Positions 48,999 to 58,490 of a stretch of 64,000 nucleotides of DNA are shown piece by piece. The stretch spans positions 24,689-88,688 of the forward strand of contig JAAYVE010000022.1 of NCBI GenBank assembly GCA_012517315.1, given 5' to 3'. The notes under the pieces were generated by a model, which was given only the letters and a program-made list of their open reading frames with translations, ran no database searches and was not told the origin of the DNA. Position numbers and translations under genes: made by a program. Source of the DNA: Deltaproteobacteria bacterium (GTDB lineage Bacteria; Desulfobacterota; Syntrophobacteria; Syntrophobacterales; Syntrophobacteraceae). How positions within the stretch are numbered: the first letter of the stretch is position 1; every line of letters begins with the position of its first letter.

Positions 48999-50555
48999 AT
49001 GTCTTCCATGAGTAGGCCCCTCATGTTCCTGGGGACCGGGTCCGACGTCGGAAAAAGCGTCCTTGCAGCGGCGTTCTGCCGCATCCTGAAGCAGGACGGT
49101 TTCCGAGTGGCGCCCTTCAAAGCCCAGAATATGGCGTTGAATTCGTTCATCACCTCGGAGGGGGGCGAAATGGGTCGGGCCCAGGTGGTGCAGGCGGAGG
49201 CGGCCGGCATTGAGCCTCACGTGGACATGAACCCGATCCTTCTCAAGCCCACTTCCCAAATGGGTTCCCAGGTCATTGTCCTGGGAAAGGCCGTAGGGAA
49301 TTTCTCGGCCAGGGCCTATTACGAGTACAAGCCCCGACTGCTCTCCATTGTCCGGGAGTCCTTTGAGCGGCTTTCCGCTCAGTACGACATCATCGTGATG
49401 GAAGGGGCCGGCAGCGCGGTGGAATTGAACCTCAAGGAGCATGACCTGGTGAACCTGTCTATGGCGGAAATGGCCGGCGCACGGTGTGTTCTCGTAGGGG
49501 ACATCGACCGGGGGGGCATTTTCGCCGCCCTCCTGGGTAGTTTCCTGCTCATGGAACCGCAGGAGCAGGAACGCATCATTGGCTTCATGGTGAACAAGCT
49601 CAGGGGGGATCCCGCTCTGTTTTCGCGGCCCCCCAACAGCGGGGTGGAAATCCTCGAAGCCCGCGCCCAAAGGCCTGTCCTGGGAGTCATCCCGTATTTC
49701 GACCACATCGCCCTGCCCGAGGAAGACAGTGTTGCCCTGGGGCGGCGCATGGATCGGGCCGCGAGGGAGAGAAGTCGTGCGGGGACTTTCCTCGGGGTCG
49801 TGCGGCTCCCCTTCATTTCAAACTACACCGATTTCGACTGCTTCGAGCAGGATCCTGCCGTGGCCCTCGAATACTTCAACCGCCCCGACCGCGTTTTTCA
49901 TTTCGATGCGGTCATCTTGCCCGGCAGCAAGAACACTCTGGAGGACCTTGACTTCATCAAGCGTTCGGGCCTTGGGGATGCCATTGTCTCTTATTACAAG
50001 GCGGGAGGAACCGTGGTGGGGATTTGCGGCGGCTATCAGATGCTGGGGCTCAGGGTAAGGGACCCCCTCGGTGTGGAAAGCGGGTTGCGGGAAGTGGACG
50101 GTCTCGGGTTGCTGGAAATGGAGACGGAAATGTTCAAGGACAAGATCACGTGCCAGGTTGAAGCCGTTGCCGTCGGGAGTGCAGGGGAGAGTCCCTGCGG
50201 GGAGGAGCACCTTTTCGGCTACGAAATCCACATGGGAAGGAGCACTGCCACGGGAGAGACCAGACCCGTTTTCAAAATCCTGCGGCGGGACGGAAAACCC
50301 GTCGAAATACCGGACGGTTTGGCCACTCCCGATCAAAGGGTCTGGGGCACTTACATCCATGGCGTGTTCGACAACGATTGGTTCAGAAGGAGATTTCTCT
50401 CAGACCTCCGGGAACGGATGGGCAGAGGAGGTGTCTCCCCGGAATCCTCCTTTTGCTACCGCAAATGGAAAGAAGAACAGTACGACCGACTGGCGGAGCA
50501 CGTGCGCCGCCATGCCGATGTGGCACGAATCTACCGCCTGCTTGGGCTGAGGTGA
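48999..50555 (+). CDS. cobQ: Cobyric acid synthase
   Basis: LMFLGTGSDVGKSVLAAAFCR, FKAQNMALNS, EGAGS, and a C-terminal GATase (GICGGYQMLG). Start at ATG 48999 with GGGGAGGAG RBS; ORF track start is TTG 48975. Confidence 0.92.
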   Translation: MSSMSRPLMFLGTGSDVGKSVLAAAFCRILKQDGFRVAPFKAQNMALNSFITSEGGEMGRAQVVQAEAAGIEPHVDMNPILLKPTSQMGSQVIVLGKAVGNFSARAYYEYKPRLLSIVRESFERLSAQYDIIVMEGAGSAVELNLKEHDLVNLSMAEMAGARCVLVGDIDRGGIFAALLGSFLLMEPQEQERIIGFMVNKLRGDPALFSRPPNSGVEILEARAQRPVLGVIPYFDHIALPEEDSVALGRRMDRAARERSRAGTFLGVVRLPFISNYTDFDCFEQDPAVALEYFNRPDRVFHFDAVILPGSKNTLEDLDFIKRSGLGDAIVSYYKAGGTVVGICGGYQMLGLRVRDPLGVESGLREVDGLGLLEMETEMFKDKITCQVEAVAVGSAGESPCGEEHLFGYEIHMGRSTATGETRPVFKILRRDGKPVEIPDGLATPDQRVWGTYIHGVFDNDWFRRRFLSDLRERMGRGGVSPESSFCYRKWKEEQYDRLAEHVRRHADVARIYRLLGLR

Positions 50556-50705
50556 TGGGTTTCACGGATCCTGGAATTGTGACGGTCTCCCGGCCAAAGT
50601 GAGGGTTGGGGGCCTTGGGGAAATTCTTCGTGACACGTTGCCGGTTCTTGTCCCGGGATCTCCCTCCCCTGGAAGGCTTCATGCCATTCGATCCGGAGTG
50701 AGCGC

Positions 50706-51668
50706 TTGGTTTTTTTTCCATTCCACCTCATGATCGCATACGTTCTCGACCTTGTGGCGGGCGACCCTCCGTGGTGGCCTCATCCCATCCGCTGGACAGG
50801 CCGCCTCATCATTTCCCTGGAATGGCTTTTCTACGACGAGGAGGGGTCTCCCTCCCTGCAAAGGGTGGCGGGTATCGGTTTCTGGCTGGCGGTGATGGCG
50901 GGCGTGTTGATCGGTGCGATTCTGATGATGGGCCTCTCCGCCTGGGTGCACCCCGTTGCCGGCCAGCTGGTCATGATCTGGCTGGCCGCATCCTGCCTTG
51001 CCACTCGAAGCCTGCACCAGGAGGCTTCCAAGGTGATGCAGGCCCTTGCGAAAGGCGACATCAACGGCGCAAGGATTGCCCTGAGCCGCATTGTGAGCAG
51101 GGACACGGGGAAATTGGGGGAAAAGGACATCATTCGGGCTGTTATCGAGACCATGTCCGAGAATGTCTCAGACGGCATCGTCGCTCCGCTTTTTTACCTC
51201 GCTCTGGGAGGGCCGCTGTGGGCCCTTGCCTACAAAGCCGTCAACACCATGGACTCCATGGTGGGTTACCTCAACAATCGGTACCGTTATTTCGGCTGGT
51301 TCCCTGCGCGGGTCGATGACTTCGCCAACTGGGTGCCTTCACGTCTGAGCGGTTTTCTGCTGGCGGGGGCGGCCCGCCTCCTGGGGTTCGACTGGAAGAG
51401 GGCTTGGCAGGTCATGGCTCGGGATGCGGGGAAGATGAAAAGCCCTAATGCGGGTTTCCCGGAATGCGCCGCCGCAGGAGCCCTCAACGTCCAGTTGGGA
51501 GGAAGCAATACCTATTTTGGACAATCCGTGGAAAAGCCAACCCTTGGCGATTCCCTGAGACCACTGACCCTGGAGCGATACGAGGCGATGGTGCGGCTCC
51601 TTTACGGGGCGTCCTTCCTGGGGTTCCTGCTGGCCATGGGAATCCGGTTCCTGCTGGTCCGTGTGTGA
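50706..51668 (+). CDS. cbiB: Adenosylcobinamide-phosphate synthase
   Basis: AYVLDLVAGDPPWWPHPIRWTG, SPNAGFPE. TTG 50706 gives an N-terminus of the usual length; ATG 50730 is the alternative. Confidence 0.9.
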   Translation: MVFFPFHLMIAYVLDLVAGDPPWWPHPIRWTGRLIISLEWLFYDEEGSPSLQRVAGIGFWLAVMAGVLIGAILMMGLSAWVHPVAGQLVMIWLAASCLATRSLHQEASKVMQALAKGDINGARIALSRIVSRDTGKLGEKDIIRAVIETMSENVSDGIVAPLFYLALGGPLWALAYKAVNTMDSMVGYLNNRYRYFGWFPARVDDFANWVPSRLSGFLLAGAARLLGFDWKRAWQVMARDAGKMKSPNAGFPECAAAGALNVQLGGSNTYFGQSVEKPTLGDSLRPLTLERYEAMVRLLYGASFLGFLLAMGIRFLLVRV

Positions 51669-51874
51669 TGTGGGGGCGGCGCCTGCGCTATTGCCCTGGG
51701 GCTGCCCCTCGCGGAAGCAGGCAAGACCGGGAGGCCTTTTCTGTGTCTTTTTGAAGCAATGGGCCGGTTTGCCTCACCTCCCCCGTTTTCAGGGGGAATC
51801 ATCGTCTGGTTCCATGCGGCTGCGGGGAAAGGGCGTGCCGACGAACGAATCTCGCCAACCAGAGAAAGGTCCCC

Positions 51875-52963
51875 ATGAGTTTTCTTCACGGTGGCAATGT
51901 TTATGAAATTGCTGCAAGGCTTGGATGCGGTCCGGAAGAGATCCTCGATTTCAGCGCCAGCATCAATCCCCTGGGGCCTCCTCCAGGATTGATGGAAGAG
52001 CTGGAAAGGCATTTTCACCTTCTTCAGCACTATCCGGACATCCGCAACGAAGCCATTGTTCACGCCATCGCCGAATATGAGCGGGTGCCCGCCGGCATGG
52101 TGGTGGTGGGGAACGGCTCGACAGAGCTCATTTACTGGCTTCCGGGGGTTTTGAAGGTGAAGAGTGCCGCCATTGTGCTGCCCACTTTCAGTGAGTACCG
52201 CAAGGCATTCGAGTTACAAGGGGTTCGCCTGGAGAAGCTTTTCTGCTCCCGGGAAAACGGCTTTCAGCCGACGGTGGAGCAACTGGAGAGAGTCTGTGAT
52301 GCCCTTGCCCCGGACGCGGTCCTCCTCACCAACCCGGCGAGTCCCGCCGGAACCACTCTTCCTCCTCCGGTGCGCGAGTGGGTGCTCGAGAAGGGCTGTC
52401 TGGGAAAGCCGATTTGCATCGTCGACGAGGCGTTCGTGGATTTTTGCCCGGAGGAGTCGTTCAAGCCGAGCCTCGCACACGTTCCCAACCTCGTCCTCAT
52501 CCGTTCCATGACCAAGTTCTACGGTATCCCCGGCTTGAGGCTGGGGTATCTGCTGGCTTCGGAAGATCTGGCGGCGCGGTGTCGTGCCTCCCTGCCGCCT
52601 TGGGGGGTGAGCACCTTCGCTCAGGTGGGGGGAGTCTACTGCCTGCGCCAGGAAACATACAGGAGGGAGACCCTCGCCCTTGTGGAAGAGGAACGAAGCC
52701 GCCTTCAAAAGGCGTTTTCGGAGACGTCCGGTGTTGAGGTCTTCCCGGGACGGGCGAACTACCTCCTCCTCCACTTCGATGGGGGGATGACCTCAGCCGG
52801 GGCACTCCAGGAAGCACTACTTCAATCGCGGCGCATTCTCATCAGGGACTGCAGCACCTTCCAGGGGCTGGACGGGCGCTTTGTCCGTGTTGCGGTGAGG
52901 CTTCCCCAAGAGAACCAACGTCTCGTGGAGGGGATCAGGGAGTGGGCGTCACGTCGGGCATGA
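51875..52963 (+). CDS. cobD: Threonine-phosphate decarboxylase (class I/II aminotransferase fold)
   Basis: HGGNVYE...LDFSASINPLGPP, SMTKFYGIPGLRLGY (PLP Lys), in cobalamin gene context. Confidence 0.85.
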   Translation: MSFLHGGNVYEIAARLGCGPEEILDFSASINPLGPPPGLMEELERHFHLLQHYPDIRNEAIVHAIAEYERVPAGMVVVGNGSTELIYWLPGVLKVKSAAIVLPTFSEYRKAFELQGVRLEKLFCSRENGFQPTVEQLERVCDALAPDAVLLTNPASPAGTTLPPPVREWVLEKGCLGKPICIVDEAFVDFCPEESFKPSLAHVPNLVLIRSMTKFYGIPGLRLGYLLASEDLAARCRASLPPWGVSTFAQVGGVYCLRQETYRRETLALVEEERSRLQKAFSETSGVEVFPGRANYLLLHFDGGMTSAGALQEALLQSRRILIRDCSTFQGLDGRFVRVAVRLPQENQRLVEGIREWASRRA

Positions 52964-53230
52964 AGATCCCGGTTCCCGGTGCTCGTCCTTGAGGAAATAC
53001 AGGTGATACTCCTCCTCCCGGAGATGCCGATGCATGAGTTCGTTCATCAGTTCGAAAAGTTCCGTGATTTCCCCATCGGTCAGCCTCGGGATCAGAAGCT
53101 CTGTGAAGTCGTCGTCGGAGAACTTTTGAAGGTAAACCCTGAGTGAGTTTTCGTCCACTTCACGGGACATGCCGAAAGCCACCAGTTCGCCGTAATGCTC
53201 TACGAAAGTGTGCCGGTGCTTGCTCATCAT
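52949..53230 (-). CDS. Hypothetical acidic protein (93 aa) downstream of inositol-phosphate synthase
   Basis: ATG 53230 (MMSKHRH...) with a G-rich RBS. No family recognised. ORF track start is 53263. Confidence 0.5.
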   Translation of the reverse strand: MMSKHRHTFVEHYGELVAFGMSREVDENSLRVYLQKFSDDDFTELLIPRLTDGEITELFELMNELMHRHLREEEYHLYFLKDEHREPGSSCPT

Positions 53231-53246
53231 CCTGCCCGCCCCCTTT

Positions 53247-54593
53247 TCACTGTGTTTCCCCATTCATGTAATAGTCCAGGCCGAAGTGGGTGATTTGTTC
53301 CTCTCCCATGAGATAGCGCAGGGTGTTCTTGAGTTTCATGAGCTGGATGAAAAGATCGTACTCGGGGTAGAGGTTGGACTTGTGCATGGGGCTTTTGAAA
53401 TAGAAGGAAAGCCATTCCTGGATGCCGCTCATGCCCACTCGCTGGGCGAGATCCATGAAGAGGACGAGGTCGAGAATGAGGGGAGCGGCCAGGATGCTGT
53501 CCCTGCAGAGGAAATCCACTTTGATCTGCATGGGATAGCCAAGCCAACCGAAAATGTCGACGCAGTCCCATCCTTCCTTGTTGTCCCCCCGGGGGGGGTA
53601 GTAGTTGATGGTGACCTTGTGGTAATAATTCTTGTAGAGGGAAGGGTAGAGCTGCGGCTGGAGGATGTATTCCAGCACGGAGAGCTTGCTCTCTTCCTTG
53701 GTTTTGAAGGAGTCTTTGTCGTCCAGCACCAGGCCGTCGCGATTTCCCAGGATGTTGGTGGAATACCAGCCTTCCAGGCCCAGCATCCTCGCTTTGAGGC
53801 CGGGTGCGAGGATGGTTTTCATGAGGGTCTGGCCAGTCTTGAAATCCTTGCCTGCGATGGGAATGTTGTGCTCCCGGGCCATTTGCACCATGGCCGGAAT
53901 GTCGACGGTCAGGTTCGGAGCTCCGTTGATGAAGGGCACCCCGCTCTCCAGGGCCGCCATGGCATACAGCATGCTCGGGGCGACGTGAGGGTGGTTCTGG
54001 TCGACAGCCCGCCTGAGCGACTGGGGGGATTGATGGATGTCTTCCACCTGAAGATGGACCTCGGTGCTTCCGCACCAGATCATCACGCAGCGGTCCAGCT
54101 GATGGTCCTCGCGGAAACGTCGGATGTCCTCCTTGAGCGCCTCCACATGCTGCCTCAGGTCTCCGCCCGGCTTCACGTGGACACCATCCAGGTTCTTGAC
54201 GAACTGCCTGCTGAAAGCTGCCTTCATGGGGACGATGCCGCTGAGAAACCCTTTGATGGCTTCCATGTGGTCCCGGCTCAAAACCCTTGCATACATGGCC
54301 GCCTCGTAGGCATTGGCCTCGTAGATGTCCCAGCCGCCAAAGACCAGGTCATCCAGTGAAGCCAGGGGGATGAACTCCTTGATCCTGGGGACCCGGTGCT
54401 CGAATCGTTTCCCAAGGCGGATGGTTCCTAGTTGGGTGAGGGAACCCACCGGTTCGGCAATCCCTCTCCGCACGAGTTCGACGCCGGCGATGAAAGTCGT
54501 GCTGACCGCCCCGCCCAGCCCGGGGACCAAAACGCCCAGTCTGCCTTCTGGTTTCTCGATCTGTTCCTTACGCTTCAGGTTCTCTTCTCTCAA
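53247..54593 (-). CDS. Inositol-3-phosphate synthase (myo-inositol-1-phosphate synthase family)
   Basis: LGVLVPGLGGAVSTTFIAG, NGAPN, GKDFKTGQT. Start set at TTG 54593, with GGAGGG 6 nt upstream, giving 449 aa. The 515-aa track ORF adds a non-homologous extension. Confidence 0.85.
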   Translation of the reverse strand: MREENLKRKEQIEKPEGRLGVLVPGLGGAVSTTFIAGVELVRRGIAEPVGSLTQLGTIRLGKRFEHRVPRIKEFIPLASLDDLVFGGWDIYEANAYEAAMYARVLSRDHMEAIKGFLSGIVPMKAAFSRQFVKNLDGVHVKPGGDLRQHVEALKEDIRRFREDHQLDRCVMIWCGSTEVHLQVEDIHQSPQSLRRAVDQNHPHVAPSMLYAMAALESGVPFINGAPNLTVDIPAMVQMAREHNIPIAGKDFKTGQTLMKTILAPGLKARMLGLEGWYSTNILGNRDGLVLDDKDSFKTKEESKLSVLEYILQPQLYPSLYKNYYHKVTINYYPPRGDNKEGWDCVDIFGWLGYPMQIKVDFLCRDSILAAPLILDLVLFMDLAQRVGMSGIQEWLSFYFKSPMHKSNLYPEYDLFIQLMKLKNTLRYLMGEEQITHFGLDYYMNGETQ

Positions 54594-54609
54594 GGTGCTC
54601 CCTCCGTCT

Positions 54610-55152
54610 TCAAAGGGGAAATGGCGCCTGTTCCGGATTTTCGAGGGACAGGAGGCGTCTTTTGATGTGCAGCCCGCCCGTGTAGCCCCCCGGTTTTCCC
54701 CCGGCGCCGATGACTCGGTGGCACGGGATGATGATGGCAACGGGGTTCCTGCCACAGGCATGGCCCACGGCCCTGGCTGCCTGCGGTCTTCCAATGGCTG
54801 CCGCGATGCGGGAATACGTGCGCGTTTTGCCGAAGGGGATCTGGCAAAGTGCTGCCCAGACCTCCTTCTGGAATGGGGTGCCCGACGCCGTGTCTACGGG
54901 GATGGGAGGCAGAGGCGTTGCGTGGTGTAGATAATCGAGCACTGCGTCACGGGTTCGGCATAGAAGGGAATGTCTACCCGATGACACAACCCGTTCGCCC
55001 GAAAAAGCGGGGGCCGGGACTCTTCCCCGGAAAAATTCCTCTGCCCCGGGGGCAACTCCGACACGGAGGAGGCAGATTCCCGCGGGTGTGGCCGCCATGA
55101 AAATGGGGCCCAGGGGAGATTGAAAGGATAGCGTTGCCATTGCCGTCGTCAC
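54610..55152 (-). CDS. ogt: Methylated-DNA--protein-cysteine methyltransferase
   Basis: FQKEVWAALCQIPFGKTRTYSRIA, IIIPCHRVIG (PCHR active site). GTG 55152 overlaps the upstream stop; ATG 55140 is the alternative. Confidence 0.9.
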   Translation of the reverse strand: MTTAMATLSFQSPLGPIFMAATPAGICLLRVGVAPGAEEFFRGRVPAPAFSGERVVSSGRHSLLCRTRDAVLDYLHHATPLPPIPVDTASGTPFQKEVWAALCQIPFGKTRTYSRIAAAIGRPQAARAVGHACGRNPVAIIIPCHRVIGAGGKPGGYTGGLHIKRRLLSLENPEQAPFPL

Positions 55153-55802
55153 TCTTCACTCTCCAGAAAATCCGTGATGTAGGGATTGGTCTCCATTTCG
55201 TGCCCCACCGTGGAGCTGGGTTGATCACCATAGTCGTGGCCGGGCCAGACAACTGTTTCCGGGGGCAAGGCAATGATTTTCTTCAAAAGGGATTCCAGGA
55301 GTTGTTCGAAAGAAGCTCCCGGGAGGTCTGTTCGTCCCACCGCCCCCACGAACAGAGTGTCCCCCGTGAAAAGATTCCCGTCAATGAGGATACAGCAGGC
55401 CCCGGGCGTATGGCCTGGAGTGTGGATGAATTTCATGGTGAGACCGCCGAAGGACAGTTCATCCCCGTCGCGCACCCGGATGTCCGCAGGCGATGCGGAA
55501 TCCACGCCCAGCATCCTGGACCATCCCTTGAACTCGGGCTTTTGAAAGAAGACATCGTCCAATTCGTGCATGACCACCTTCGCTCCTGTCACCCTTTTCA
55601 GGCGGTCGTTTCCACAGGTGTGGTCCGGGTGCCCATGGGTGTTGACGATGTAAAGGAGCCTGACACCGTGCTCCGCGAGGAGTGCCAGGACCCGGTCTTC
55701 GTCCCCGGCGGGATCAATGAGGATGCCTTCCTTGTTTTTTTCGTCATAGACCAGGTAACAGAAGACCTCCATGTGCCCTACAGGCATCTGAATGATTTTC
55801 AT
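55149..55802 (-). CDS. MBL-fold metallo-hydrolase (glyoxalase II-like)
   Basis: MKIIQMPVG...IVNTHGHPDHTCGN, HTPGHTPG. Start at ATG 55802 with GGAG RBS; ORF track start is 55892. Confidence 0.85.
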   Translation of the reverse strand: MKIIQMPVGHMEVFCYLVYDEKNKEGILIDPAGDEDRVLALLAEHGVRLLYIVNTHGHPDHTCGNDRLKRVTGAKVVMHELDDVFFQKPEFKGWSRMLGVDSASPADIRVRDGDELSFGGLTMKFIHTPGHTPGACCILIDGNLFTGDTLFVGAVGRTDLPGASFEQLLESLLKKIIALPPETVVWPGHDYGDQPSSTVGHEMETNPYITDFLESEE

Positions 55803-55920
55803 GCCTTTTCTCCACGTCCGTCTTGTGAGGAGGCTCGCGCCTCGGAGCCAAGGGGTGGTTTGGAAAATGAACCAAGTGGGTTGAAATGTCAAAGGGCGAA
55901 TCCATGAGGACGGTGAGGGG

Positions 55921-56817
55921 TCATCCTTTCCAGGCGTCCTGTCCGCTGCGGTCGCCTGCCAGGACCTCGATCAGGGGGGGAATGACGGTTTTCGCGATGG
56001 TCCTGGATGATCCTCCGCCGAGCACCACTTCCAGACGTCCCTCGCAGACTTCCCCTGCAAGCGACCTGACCATTGCTGCAATTGCGAGATAGGCATCGAC
56101 GGTCAAGCCCAAATCGCCGTAATCTCCCCTGTGCGTGTCGAAACCGAAATACCAGAAGATCAGTTGGGGCTTGAAAGATCGGGCCCGCTCCACAAAGGCG
56201 TTGGCCGCAGTCTGCGCATACAGACCGTCGATGCTCTCACCGGAGGCCTTGCGGCCCCATCCCCAGGCGCTCGGGGCGACCACGTCCACCTTGGTGCCGT
56301 CTTTGGAAACGTGATCCATCGAACAGAGGCAGACATGCAGCACCTCCCCGTCACGCTCCGTGAGGTCCCGGGTCCCGTCCCCGTGGTGCGCGTCCGTGTC
56401 CAGGATGGCAAAGCGCTTCACGCCGTACAATTCGCGGAGTTTGCAGATGGCGATGACCACATCGTTGAAGCAGCAATAGCCGCCGAAGAAATCCCTGCCG
56501 GAATGGTGTCCGCCGGCACCGATGAAAGCAAACGCGTTTTGAATCTCACCCCGGACGATCATCTCCGCCGCCAGCACCACGCCGCCCGCAGAATGCCAGG
56601 CGGTGGAACAGAGGCGATCCCTGCGGACACCGTCCAACAGGTGGGGACTGTGGACCTTTAGAATCCATTCTTCCTCCAAAGGAGGCGATTCCACAAGTCG
56701 ATAACGGGGCCTCTGGAGCAAGTGCTCGATGGCTTGCGGGAAATCCTCCAGGCGCGTTCCCTGAGTGAGATAGCTCCTTCGGCTGAAACTGGGATGATAA
56801 AAGATTCCCGTTGCCAT
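55921..56817 (-). CDS. Histone deacetylase-family (AcuC/arginase-deacetylase fold) protein
   Basis: GAGGHHSG, CCFNDV, ILDTDAHHGDGT. Start at ATG 56817 with GGAGGAG RBS. Confidence 0.85.
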   Translation of the reverse strand: MATGIFYHPSFSRRSYLTQGTRLEDFPQAIEHLLQRPRYRLVESPPLEEEWILKVHSPHLLDGVRRDRLCSTAWHSAGGVVLAAEMIVRGEIQNAFAFIGAGGHHSGRDFFGGYCCFNDVVIAICKLRELYGVKRFAILDTDAHHGDGTRDLTERDGEVLHVCLCSMDHVSKDGTKVDVVAPSAWGWGRKASGESIDGLYAQTAANAFVERARSFKPQLIFWYFGFDTHRGDYGDLGLTVDAYLAIAAMVRSLAGEVCEGRLEVVLGGGSSRTIAKTVIPPLIEVLAGDRSGQDAWKG

Positions 56818-57011
56818 GATTCTCTCCTCCGTTGTCTTTTTCCGCTCCGTGTTCGCCTGGATCTCATCAGGAAAAAGGCCGCCCACCAGAGGAAAGGCGG
56901 CAGAAGGAAATGGGGCCCATTTCGAAATGGCCCGGGGAGTGTTTCCCCTTTGGGGTTTCGGATCTGGAAAAGGGCCGCGTGGTCATGGAAATTTGACCGC
57001 TGCAAGGCATG

Positions 57012-57479
57012 TCAGGGCATGAGGTAAAAAGCCAGAGCCTTGGGACATTCCCCTTCAGGAAAACTCGCGCCGATCCGGCGGCCGTCGACATTTCGCACTT
57101 CCACGAGTTTGGTGATCTCGGTCTTGTCCGCATCGTCCAAAACGAACCGAACCCTGACCAACTGGCCGGCCCGCATGGGCATGTCTTCATTCAGTTCAAA
57201 TGCGATGCCCGTCCTCGAAAGGTCTTTCACCGTCATGTTGCCCTTCTGCTCGCGGTCCGGCAAAAGGAGTGCGTATGCCCCGGGGATGCGTACGCTCTTG
57301 CGATAGTGTTTTCTTTTCTCGAAGGTGACGGGAAAGACAAAGCCGCAGGAACACTTGACGTTGACAGGCTTGAAAGAGGCCAGATATTGCTGGGCGTTGA
57401 CCTTCTTTCTCTTTCCACAACTGCTGCAGACAATGGTGGCTTCTTCCCGCTCGTTCACATATATTTTTTGGGGTTGCAT
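57012..57479 (-). CDS. PilZ domain protein with N-terminal zinc-ribbon-like CxxC pairs
   Basis: CSSCGKRK...CSCG, then RKHYRKSVRI (RxxxR) and DLSRTGIAF (D/NxSxxG). AAGGAGGTG RBS. Confidence 0.75.
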   Translation of the reverse strand: MQPQKIYVNEREEATIVCSSCGKRKKVNAQQYLASFKPVNVKCSCGFVFPVTFEKRKHYRKSVRIPGAYALLLPDREQKGNMTVKDLSRTGIAFELNEDMPMRAGQLVRVRFVLDDADKTEITKLVEVRNVDGRRIGASFPEGECPKALAFYLMP

Positions 57480-58364
57480 GTCTCCTGCACCTCCTTTGCT
57501 CCCTATGCCCGCCGCTGAATGCAGGGAAAGAACCGGCTCCGGAAACCAAGTCGAAATGGGAAAGGTCCGAAAAACCTTTTCCGTGTGCCGGGGGATTTCG
57601 GAAAACCATACGAATAGGGCATGTGCGATGGCTTATCAAAACGCGCCTTCATTTGCAAGAAGGTTGTCCCCTGCCCTGTAAGGGCGACGCGACCGTCTCC
57701 GGAGGGCGGGGCTTGGGGTCGGTGACCGCCGGCGTGCCTGGGGGGATGCCGCTCAATACAAGAGGGAACCGACTTCCTCCCTTCACGCTATCTTGATGAT
57801 TTGCCATGTGCTTTTTCGCGCACACGACACTATTGTGACCCATGATGCCCCCCATCCGTGTAAAAGTACAATTTTGTACCCTCACCAAAGACGGTACGGC
57901 GTTGGGGTGAATCTCCAATAGCATGCCCTTGGCTGTCTCGTCCCGGATCGGGTTTCGAGGTACGCTCTTTGATAAACAGCAGAAAGAGGACATCCCTCCT
58001 CCAACTGTAACCCATCAGGAAAAGGGCGGAACCCATGGGCCGTTCAGGCGACCTCGCCGTCCCCCGTGGGACCGGAGGCAGAACGGTCTGGTGCATTACC
58101 CTCCGAGGGGCCTCAAAAGTGAACGGGATGAAGGGACAGCGCGGACAGGTTCCTTGAAGGGTATGGAGACGGGCTGGAGGTTGTTTCCGTGTTATGGGTT
58201 TACTTGGATAGGAGAATGGAATACATTTTTTATGGATTTATGGCGATATGCGGAGAGGCTGATCATTTTCGCCCATCAAATCACCGAATACGCTTTAGAG
58301 AGGACTCATCCTTACATTTTTGTCTATTTTTCAGTTTTACTAATATGCCGGGGCATCCTTCACA

Positions 58365-58389
58365 GCCTATTGTCCATATAGGCTTTTTT
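58365..58389 (+). terminator. Weak intrinsic-terminator-like hairpin plus T6 in the leader of the glutamate synthase operon
   Basis: GCCTAT (58365-70), 7-nt loop, ATAGGC (58378-83), then TTTTTT (58384-89), about 100 nt upstream of ATG 58491. The stem is only 6 bp. Confidence 0.3.
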
Positions 58390-58490
58390 CGTGCCCTGAC
58401 ACTGAGACCCCTCCCGGAGCGGCCTGCGGTCAGTGGCGGCCGGTTTCGGTGGGGATGATTCCATACTGTTGAAAAGGAGCGAATGGTTCA

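Noticed and set aside
58189-58458. 89-aa and 152-aa plus-strand ORFs (58189..58458, 57923..58381) in the glutamate synthase leader
   Set aside because: RBS spacing is implausible (AGGAG only 1 nt from the ATG) or absent, composition is odd, and the ORFs cross the AT-rich island and the hairpin. More likely non-coding.
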